In this document: positions 37,085-47,076 of the stretch, piece by piece
Position numbering within the stretch: the first letter of the stretch is position 1
Layout of the letters: each line of letters starts with the position of its first letter
NCBI GenBank assembly: GCA_001662655.1
Contig: KV460214.1
DNA from: Pseudogymnoascus verrucosus
Taxonomy: Eukaryota
Reading direction: 5' to 3' (one strand)
DNA length: 48,834 nt
Notes under the pieces: model-generated
Database searches by the model: none
Seen by the model: the letters and a program-made list of their open reading frames with translations, nothing else
Told to the model about the DNA's origin: nothing
Translations under genes and position numbers: made by a program

Positions 37085-38965
37085 TTACTCAGGATAAATG
37101 ATTGGGAGCGTCATGTAGTTGATATAGCACCCTCCAAAATGGATGTGGTTGCTGCCTTTAAATACGCTCTCTGATCTGAAAAATTGTGAGCTAAATCGCG
37201 CTCGTGTGGGGGTTTTACGTACCTGTCATCTGGATCGTTGTGGCCCCAGAATCCGGTTCCTGCAGTGTCTCCAGAACTGACATCAAGAACTAGGCGGCCG
37301 CCAACTCCAACAATCACATTAGTGGGCCAAATTTCCACATCGACGGGATACACCTCGTTAGGGATAACAGACAAGAGGTCAGTCGATAGGAAGTCTCGGT
37401 GCGGGAGATAAGAGCGGTGCTTGGGGTTTTCTGGGTTCGTCTTCCTGAGACTGACGCGAAGGAATCCCTTAGCTAGCGGCACCGCCTCTCCTGCTGATCC
37501 GGTGTAGAAGATTTCGTCCCCGGCGGGGGAGATATGACGGAGACTCAAGAACAAATCCAGATCTGAAGGGGTGGACCCCCAGCGATCTCCGCTCATAGAG
37601 ACATTAAGATGAACGACGATATGGCCAGTAACTTCGGTCTCCTCCTCAAACGGTCGTGTCTGGAAGGAAAGAGTATCGGCTGGCGTCGCTGTTCCCAACG
37701 CTCTGTAAGTCGCCTTGGCGGTTGGCACACCTACAGGTTGCTCGAATAGAAGCTCGCTGCCCGAGGTAAGGAACACATCAACGTATCGCGTCCTTGCCAA
37801 GGGCCATTCGGCCTCTGTCCTGCGAAAATAAGTCTTCTCGGCTGTGGGGTTATTATACCCAACATTACCCTTGCGAAGGATCAGATTGACTGGTGGCACC
37901 CTCCCTTTGACAGTCCATCCCTCTCGGTCATCGCCTTTCAGGAACGCGTCCAGGAAACTGCGTTGGACTTCAACCTCCTCAGGGTAGTAGAAAGGTAGGT
38001 CGTGTCGACCGGTAATAAACCGGAGGTACTTGAACTCGGAGCCTGCTCTCATATAACCCACGACATTGCCCCTCAGATGTAACATAATGCCACCCCAATT
38101 TGCCACACTGAGGAGGGGAACTTTGACGTCTTCTAGGTTAAACTGAACTGAAGCAAAAGCAGGATGGTCCCGATACCTGTGCTTATGTAGAAAATCGGTT
38201 GATGCTGTTCTGTTTGCCGCGAGCTCTTCTTCAGCAAGGTCACCTTCAATAGTATCGGGACCCCAGTTTCGCGCCGCTCTTCCTGGAAGCCCATACTGGT
38301 TAGGAGCGACCTGGCGTTTATACCACCACGCAAAGAATGAGTTAGACAGAATCCCACCATGGCGGACCGATTCGGTATACGGATCAGAAAAGCCTTCCCA
38401 TGGAATAATTGCTGCCAGCCCCTTGGGATTCCTAGATGCCACCTGCCACTGGGTAACGGCGTAGTAACTGACTCCTAACAAGCCGACTTTTCCTGACGAC
38501 CACGGTTGCACCGATGCCCATTCAATCAAGTCGGCAAAAGCATCAATCGTGCGGGATGACTTGACGCTCAAAAGACCGGGGCTTTGTCCAATACCAATCT
38601 CATCAGCTCGTACCACAACGTACCCATGCGCCGTCCAATACTTCGGTGTAGGTGTCTCCCAGGCAGAGTGTTCCGTCTGGTGAGGTGGATCTATCTCTGA
38701 GAAGCTCTTCGGGTGAAAGCTGTTGCGGCTTAGCGATGATACATGGCTGCAAAGTAGAGTCGTACACTCACTCCTTGTAAGGAACATCTTTTCCGTAAGG
38801 TCCGCAAGTTGCAATAACGGGGAACTTATGTCCTTTCTCAGCCTTGGGCCGGTATACGTTGCAGCGAATCACGCCTCCATTTGACAAGGGCACAGACACA
38901 TTCTGCTCAAAGATATACGGATATGTGGTCGCGTCGATGGTGCGAATATTCCGGATCTCAGCCAT
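37085..38965 (-). CDS. CocE/NonD-family (peptidase S15-like) serine hydrolase; introns about 38771-38720 and 37222-37156
   Basis: IRCNVYRP, GPYGKD, HSAWETP, GYVVVRADEIGIGQSPG, nucleophile GVSYYA, IIPWEG, GRHDLPFY and a C-terminal beta domain. Confidence 0.92.
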
Positions 38966-39823
38966 CTTGACTTTTTGTCAACCAAACGAACAAACCCACC
39001 ACCTTTTGTACGCAGGATAGAGTTATGATTCTCGCTAGAGGCTCCTTGGTAGAAATGGCCGACGGCTATGCTTCCCAGTTCGCCCTTTTCTCCAGTCTCT
39101 TCGATCTGTCCTATTCCAGCATGGTGTTCCATATGTTAGCCCATCCACCCGAGCTCCCATTGGTTGCATTAGTCATACTTTCTCCGAACCCTAGCCCGCT
39201 CCGAAGCCGATGGGCCGATGCCGATATATGGAACGAAGCTGCTCGGGGTTCGGCGTGGGAAAAGGCAATCGTTGGCTAGCCTGGAAGTGCCACCGCAGTA
39301 GTGGGCTTTCGTTATGGTCCCTTTGTTTCATTCCAACAATTATTAAATCCGCTTTACTGTTCTTATTTTACTGCTCTTCCCGCGCTCACACGTGCATAAT
39401 ACTGTTTGCCTTCATCCTCTACGTCTAACACTCCTGTGGCGAGACCAAACAGTAATAGAAATAATAGCTAGCAACAGAAAAAGCAATGCTAACATAACTT
39501 TTACCCGTCTAATATTACGTCTGATCTTTTCTCACAGGACATTGCTGTAGTAATCCTTACGCTATTCTATAATCTCGGCGAGGTCGAAAGAACTATAGCA
39601 ACAGCTTCGAAGGCCCCGCTCCCAGCCAAGGCGGTTAGGTTATGTGCGTATAGTCCTCCCCAGCACAGTCTTCCCCAGCATCTGTAAGCGCTTTAAGCTT
39701 CAATTATCCGAGATTTGCCGAAAGAGCCGAGAAATATATATCCATTTATTCCCCCGAATTTCATAATTTTACATCGATAAAGATATAACCGTTAATCGCA
39801 GTTGTCCATAATTTTTTTTGCAA

Positions 39824-40741
39824 ATGCCTATTCTCCCTCGCTTTTCAAATCTCACGGTGGTACTGAAGGATGGGGTGGCACTGCTTAAGTACGATCGACC
39901 TAAAGCGGGAAATGCTCTCAATGTTCCACTGATCAAGGCAAGAATCGTCAGCGTTATTGTAATAAAACATATTTATTTGCTAACAAGTACATAGGACATA
40001 TTAGCCGGACTAAAATGGGCAGATAATGAAGATCTGGTCAAGGTTGTCTTGCAAACCGGAGAAGGAAGGAACTTCACTGCCGGACTCGATTTGCGGGACA
40101 AGTCAGTTGGTGGACCAGATACAGTCATTAGTGATGAGTTTCTGGACGCAATCAAGTGAGCTATGTTGATCCCGATGTTATGTAGTCGCTAATGTTTGTA
40201 AAGGGAACTCCACGAGACTATGATTAATTCCAACAAAATCCTTGTTACTGCTGTCAATGGGCCGGCTCCCGGCTGGGGGACCAGCAGCCTTGGCTTGGCT
40301 GACCTTGTTTACGCCTCACCAGATGCGGTTTTCTTCACTCCATTTGTCCAATTAGGAATTTGTGCCGAAGCTTGCTCAAGTATAACCTTCGCCAAAATCA
40401 TGGGCCATCAAAAGGCCGCCTCATTGCTCCTTGCAGGAGATAGAATGACGGCGAGCGAGCTCGAAAGTGCGGGTCTAGTAAACAAGACTATTCCTCAAGA
40501 AAATTTTCTTGAGGATGTTCTTAACATCTGCTACAGAATCGCAAAACTGCCATCTGAGGCTTTGAAATTCAATAAGGGTCTTTTGATGCGAAATTCCCGA
40601 CAGGAGTTACTTGAAGCAAACGAAATTGAGCTGAACTTCTTGAGAGAGAGAGCTCGAAGCCAGGAAGCCAGGTTGGCTGTCAACAACTTTCTCCTGGATC
40701 AGCAACTTAAACGAGATCAGCGGGCTCAGGCTAGGCTGTAG
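39824..40741 (+). CDS. Crotonase-family enoyl-CoA delta-isomerase-like protein with PTS1 (-ARL); introns about 39938-39994 and 40156-40203
   Basis: YDRPKAGNAL, TGEGRNFTAGLD, AVNGPAPGWG, FFTPFVQLGICAEACSS, C-terminal QARL*. Confidence 0.88.
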
Positions 40742-42108
40742 GCCTCACAAACACCCCTTAGTTTGTGAAACCTACATCTCGAAGTACTCCGGTTTAGACT
40801 GCTGAAACCAGCAGTTTTGGTCGCTATACACGGTGAGATTCGTGTAGAAGATAAGGGGGAATAGATCGAAATTTGAGGCGGCATCAAAACCCGTGCATGA
40901 TGCTCTGCCGTAAGTAGTTATTTCGGGCATGTCAGGTCTCAGGCTGACATGAGTCATTTGCATCAATAGTTACAATGTTCATAATGGATTTCTATTTATA
41001 TTGAGTCAAATCTGACGGCATAGCACAAGCACCTCAACCTAAATGTATTCCCTATATGTTTCGGCTCTTACACACGGTCCTTCACATCCCTATCAAAAAT
41101 TATTGCATCACTTCCACTGAAAATACACGGGAGTGGCGAGATTGATGGAGACAAGAGCATGCTGAACATAGGTATGTTAGACGACAACCCCCCATTACCA
41201 CGTTTACGTTCATGCAGCAATAAATAGAGCACGCACCAACAACAGCGGACAGGAGCAGTTCGATACCCTGGCTTTGCACCTACTTATATTGCAATGCAGG
41301 TGGGCGCACCAGAGACAAGCCGAAGATATGATAGGACAAAGAAAACTCTACTGATCGATGGGAAACGGCGCTTTTATGACCTATATGACGATCCATAGAC
41401 GTGTATGTCTCGTCTGCGACTGCCGGGAGCCGGGACGCCGGGACTGTTTATCTTAGACAGAACGGGCTGATGGACGTAAGACGGGAGGGAAAGAAGGAAA
41501 GAAGGGGAGAGGGTGGGGAGGAAGCAAGCATATCGTACGGTGTTCTCCCTGGTGGCGTCATATCGCATTCTCTCCATAGGTGCGGAGGAGGAGATAACCT
41601 TGCAATAAGCCCTTGTTCTCGGCCATTGTTATCGTTATTGTTGTTCTAAAAGCCGGCCCTAGCCATTCATTGCTCGGGTCTACAAGATCAGGCAAACGGT
41701 CTCTAGATAAATGATGTTCGACTTAGCTTTGTTTGGCAGGAATCTTCGCACCATACCATATCTTTATTATTTAAGTACTAGAGTTTGTCCCTTCCCACGC
41801 CTCTACGCTGCACTTTCTCCTTCCGCCCTCAGGACCCTCTCACACTTGCTAGCAGACCCCCTACAGAACACTGACGTTTCGCCCACACCAAACCTCGCCC
41901 TCCTTAAACAACACTTCGATCTCCATCACCATCCTCTTGGAAACACACCAACACACCACACATTGCTCTCCCATCCACAACATAACCATGTATTTTTCAG
42001 GCTCCTCTCTACAACATAACTTCACTGCCCCCCCATACTCCATGCCACTTCATACGTCTTATAAATTAAACTCATCACTGACACTTATCGCAGCACAATT
42101 TTGCCCTA

Positions 42109-42273
42109 ATGGCTCTCTCAAACCCCTGCGTGCACTTCTTCAAGATCTTAAAGTCTGAGAGTAGCTTAATCCAGTGGATGTGCAATATGTGCCACTCTGG
42201 CCCGCACTGGCTCATCTTCGAATGCAGGTACTGCAAGTTCAAGACTTGTCGCGTCTGCACCGACCACTGCTAG
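42109..42273 (+). CDS. 54-aa Cys/His-rich putative zinc-binding microprotein (below the ORF-track cutoff)
   Basis: MALSNPCVHFFKILKSESSLIQWMCNMCHSGPHWLIFECRYCKFKTCRVCTDHC*: three CxxC pairs. A probable 5'-UTR intron (about 41990-42093, GTATTT..CTGAC..CAG) precedes it. Confidence 0.72.
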   Translation: MALSNPCVHFFKILKSESSLIQWMCNMCHSGPHWLIFECRYCKFKTCRVCTDHC

Positions 42274-42765
42274 TATAGTGGCAAACAAAGTCTTGACCCC
42301 CTCTGTATTCTCATTCCACACCGGTTCCGCCCGACAATCTAGGCGATGTTCTAAATCTGGTTAGTTGCATGATACTGTTGAAGAGTGGGGTGACAGCCAT
42401 TCCGGGTATTGATGAGTTCATCTTTGCAACTGATCTCGATGGAAACTTCATGGATATTGCGTGAGCCCTAGGAGTTGCCGCAGTTGTGTCCACTTGATGG
42501 CAGGGGAGCTTTGGAGAAACCATTCCTCCGATTCGGCGCCGAATTCGGGATGGCAGAGCCGAAGACCCATTTTACCCTAGGTACGACCCTCGTCAGTGTA
42601 TTAGTTGTACGATATTTGTCACTATCAATGTAATGCCCAAGTGATTGGAGAGAGAGCTAGTATGGGAGCGTATGGAGGAGCCAAATATATAACGTGCATT
42701 TGCTAGACTACAGCCCGAGGTCATGACCACCCCCTGTCTTGTACCAGCATCTCGTTCTGGGCTTC

Positions 42766-43680
42766 CTATTTCTTAAATGATGTGGCATACCAGTCACGCG
42801 TGTGTTTGGCCGCAATGTTGGTGTCGGTCTTCTCAGAGTACAAGCTCATGTGGCTGACGGAAGGCAGGATCTCAAGGCGCTTGAACGGCGAGGAAATCTT
42901 GTTGAATGCCTCGATCTCCAGATCCCAGGCAGTGATATTATCTGCCTCGGCAACGATCATCAGGACCTTCTTGTCTAGGATGCGACCCAGGAAGGGGAAC
43001 ACCGAATAGTCTAAAAGAAGCTCGGCAGACTCCAAGGTGCTCCAGTGCTCATGGAGGGGTGCTTCAGTCAGCTTGAGCTGGGTGAACACCTCGTTGACGC
43101 GGGCGAATGGCCAGACGGATAAAACCTCGTTAGGTGTCTGAGTGGCGAATTCAATCCTGTTGCCGCCGCCGCCAGTCTTGGCACGCTCTCGACGATCTGC
43201 AAGAATTGCGTTTTCGAAATCTCGGAATCGTGTTTCTCCATGCACGCGACGCATGTTGTTGTACCCATCCACGACAGGAACCACGCTCACCGCAGACTTG
43301 ACTCGAGGATCAGTTGCGGCCAAGATTAAAGCGTGGCCTCCACTGTAGGAGATACCAAAAACCCCTAGTTGGTCAGGATCAGCATCGTCCCGACTTTCGG
43401 CGTAGGTCAGCGCATTCTTGTAGTCGGAAATCTGGCTCCAGGGGTCTAGATGCTGACGGCGGTCTCCCGAGCTCTCCCCGAACCCAGCATAGTCAAAGCC
43501 CAGGAACTGTACACCCTGTTCATTCACGATACGGGCGATGTGCGGTAGCACAATCTCCTTGGTGTAGCACCATCCACCGGCCGCAACGACAGTGGGGAGC
43601 CTCCCGACAGCTCCATCGGGGCGGAAGAGTGTTCCGACAAGCGTGTTGCCGTCGCTGGGAAATTGGACCTTGATCTCCAT
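42766..43680 (-). CDS. Intronless alpha/beta-fold serine hydrolase, bacterial-like
   Basis: 304-aa ORF: AGGWCYTKE, FDYAGFGESSG, nucleophile GISYSGG, AEADNIT (Asp) and SHMSLY (His). Confidence 0.9.
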   Translation of the reverse strand: MEIKVQFPSDGNTLVGTLFRPDGAVGRLPTVVAAGGWCYTKEIVLPHIARIVNEQGVQFLGFDYAGFGESSGDRRQHLDPWSQISDYKNALTYAESRDDADPDQLGVFGISYSGGHALILAATDPRVKSAVSVVPVVDGYNNMRRVHGETRFRDFENAILADRRERAKTGGGGNRIEFATQTPNEVLSVWPFARVNEVFTQLKLTEAPLHEHWSTLESAELLLDYSVFPFLGRILDKKVLMIVAEADNITAWDLEIEAFNKISSPFKRLEILPSVSHMSLYSEKTDTNIAAKHTRDWYATSFKK

Positions 43681-44381
43681 TTGTACGTTGAGCGTTCGTT
43701 AACAGTAAAATAGTTTAGTATCTTTTGGAGGAGATGCTGTGGTGTCTAAAGTAAGCTATTCGAGAACGGTTTGGCTTCAACGATCAGTGAGATCTTATAA
43801 GATCGTTAGATCTCTATCCTGGCTACCCAATTCGAATTGTTCGGACCGAAGGACGACCTAACATACGATGTTACAGTATAATGATTGTATGTACTGAAGT
43901 ACCCAGCACCCATACACATCACCAGTCTACATCTTTGTCTCCATCGGACTTGCTACTTCGGCATTGGTTAGGTAAATTTCCGAATCGGTCCGAATGTTTA
44001 CTAAAGTCGCTCGCGCCTAAAGGTTTGGAGCACCTCAGGGGCGGGTCTAACTAAGACATTTCGGAAGAGAGGATTTGAAAAGCCACTCTAGGGACCGACG
44101 GCCCTGCACGTCATGCCCCGTCATGCCCCTTCATTCTACCTCGGTCCCGACCCCGTAAACGCCGGGCTTACGGCTGGGAATTCGCAGTCATCTGACAAGT
44201 CAGATTTGGCTAGGGAAGACCCTGAGCTGGACGTTCTGGTCATGGGAATAGAAGGGGACTCTACTCTTCCCGCCGAAATAATACCAGGATGTCTCAGGTA
44301 AGATAATAAAGCATGGGAATAACTTCGAGTCTTTAGGTTCGAACGAGCTAGTAAATTAACCCCACGTATACTTGATTACAT

Positions 44382-46918
44382 CTAGCCAAAACTATCACTG
44401 CCTTGACGAAAAAGATTCATGGGTTCAAAACCTTCAAACTCAATACCAGCTGCGGCGAATTGCAAGTTCCACCACTCACCTTCTAAAGTCATCAGTGTGT
44501 TGTCAACAGCGGCCTCGTCTCTCTCTATGCTTTCGCCGGTCCCCGTCAGTGGGGAATGTAAAACCGGCTGAGAATGTCGGGACCCCATTGTACCCATATC
44601 TTTCAAATGATGATATGATGGTGTAAGCGGATTTTGTACTAGGTTACTAACGCTTTCACGCTGGGCTTGTGAAAATGAGACAGGGCTTATAGGATGTGTG
44701 GAGTTCATCCTGGGGTGTCTCTCCGTTGAGTCTGAACCATGCTGGGTCTCAAAATTAACCTGTGTTGGCGTAGATCTGTCTTGACGCAACGAAGCTGCCT
44801 TGAGCGCTGTGCGTAACTTTTCATACTATAGTACCCGAAGTTAAAATGCTGTCGGTCTAGGGGCGAAAGATGTTCTGACTTACAGGGCTATGTAGAGACC
44901 TCCAGTAGATGCGAAGGGTATCCAGCATTCGAACTATAGCCTCCACCATGGAAATCTTGCTCCTCTCTCCGTCATCCGCCTCTTTGTCTCGACATGAGAT
45001 TTCAAATGCTAGAAGGACCGAGCTTGCAATGAAAGCACCGTAACCCATAACTGGAGATACACAGGTGATATCAGAGCCTCTATCCAAGTAGTCCATCAAC
45101 AAGGTCGTAAACAATTCTGCATGACGCAGTGCAGCCTGAGCGCTACTTCTAACGACCTCTGCATCTATATGCGGATCGAGTGGCGAGCCCGAAAATAGAG
45201 GCACAATGGTCGAATGCAGAGTTATCTGACACAGGTAGTAAAAGGCATCAAAGAGCATGACTTGAGGATCGCTTTCAGATGTGGCTGTGTTCTTCAGAGT
45301 TACCCGACCTGACGCAGGCGCTGTATTATGGTAGATAGAAGTAGCGTGATCAGAGAGAGTTGAAAGGGCGTCAAGCTTTGCCGGTGTGGAATAGGACGAT
45401 AGATCGGTAACGAAAAGCTGGACCTTAGCCCTTAGACAATATTAACACTGGAGCTGAACATTGAATATCAATCTCACCAGATGCCAATTATCTTCATCAG
45501 CCCTACTAAAGCTGGGGCAGTCCGTCTAGCTCCTGATTGTTCGAAACTTGGCATTGGAGACCATTCAGCATCCATTCGCTCACCCAAGCTAATCTCCCAC
45601 CCAGATGGGGTGCTAAAGATGGAAGAGGGTAATGGTCGCATAGCCATTTCTGTCCATGCTGACCTGACGAAGGGCTTTGGTTCTGCCACAATACACACAG
45701 ACGCCCAGCAAGCCCAAAGACACCGACGCTCCAGCTCTGATTTTAATGATATGTCGAACTCTTCAACGCGCTCAGTAATTTTCTTACCATAGTCCCAGAT
45801 GCTGCAGAAACGGTAGGCCAAAGCTAATGGGCTATAATCAGTGCGGAACATCCACTAACGGGGGCACGGCAGCGTACAAAGACATAGATCGCCACTTTTC
45901 GAGTTTCCAGTACCAAACCAATATAATGTTAGGCATTCAAGAGTCTGGACGACTGCCAACGAGGGTTCCTCCACGATTACGGACATGGCTTCTTTTGTAG
46001 CAGCTTTCGCCCAAGATAGGCCGCGGGAATGAAAGAAGCCTAACGCCCGAAGTTCAAAAAGATCGCTGGATTCATTTTCTACACCATGTCTAGGCGCGAG
46101 GAATCTGATGAGAAAATAAGTGGTTGTTCGGATGAGCAAAGGGTGGATAGTGATAATACAAAGAAGCTAACGCGAAGATCGCTTTCAGGAGAACAGTTGG
46201 AACCTTCCCTTCTAAATACTCCTGAAAGAGGATAGGTTTACAAAATAACAGATGCGCGTTGTAGATGCGCGTAAAGTAAATCTCGAGCAGAGAGAGGCCC
46301 ACAGCACGCGCTGGTAAGGCCAAACCATCTGAGCTGGAGCTATTTCTCTGCTTAGTTGCTCTTGCATTGGCTGATGCAAGATCAATACTTCGTAAGTGAC
46401 TAGGATATAACTAGATTTTGAAGGAAAAATAAGCCTTGAATTTTAAAAAGTCCATGATACGTACATCTAATGGCATGTCCACTGGTGGATCGGATGTATT
46501 TGCGCCTGCAGGCGCAGCTCCGTTTAGAAATAATACTTTGTCAAGTGGGGTATAGTCTGTGGTTAACGCGGTATTCACACTCGGTCCATCGCTTGGCCGT
46601 GGTCTTTCATACCGTGCGGAAGAGTAGTCAGTGTCGTTGCCGCTGAGGGGAATCCTCTGGTGTTCTCGGTATGGTGTCATACTCGGCGAGCTACGTTCAG
46701 GTCGCGGGCGCCTACGGTCAGGCGGGTTTGGATAGACACAATGCGATTGTTGCCTTGTGCAACGAGCACAACTTGGGCGGTCGCGGCTACATTTGAGCTA
46801 GGCAAAGCAGATTTAGTGCTGGCCACCTATGGAGGACTGAGAAGGTCACCTTTTGATTCCGACATCGCTGACATGCGGTGTTGGAGCCTGACAAGTTGGA
46901 CTGAGCGATCCTGTTCAT
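44382..46918 (-). CDS. Zn(II)2Cys6 transcription factor with fungal-specific middle domain; about 7 exons
   Basis: ACQRCRNQK|LKCSRDRPSCARCTRQQSHCVY across intron 46849-46798; later exons give LLEIYF, SLAVVQTLECLTLYW and ERRCLWACW. Six GT-AG introns join the ORF-track fragments in frame. Confidence 0.88.
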
Positions 46919-47076
46919 TGTGTCTTAATCACAGTTGGGAATGAGGTAAGTATGTGGTTGGACGAGGGAACGACTTATGGCAAGTAGCTAGTACTAGGCT
47001 TAAGTTAGCTTAGGTAGGCTTAGTAATGGTTAGGTACAATCACGTGAACCGAATAGTCCGTAGTTGTGATTTCCGA

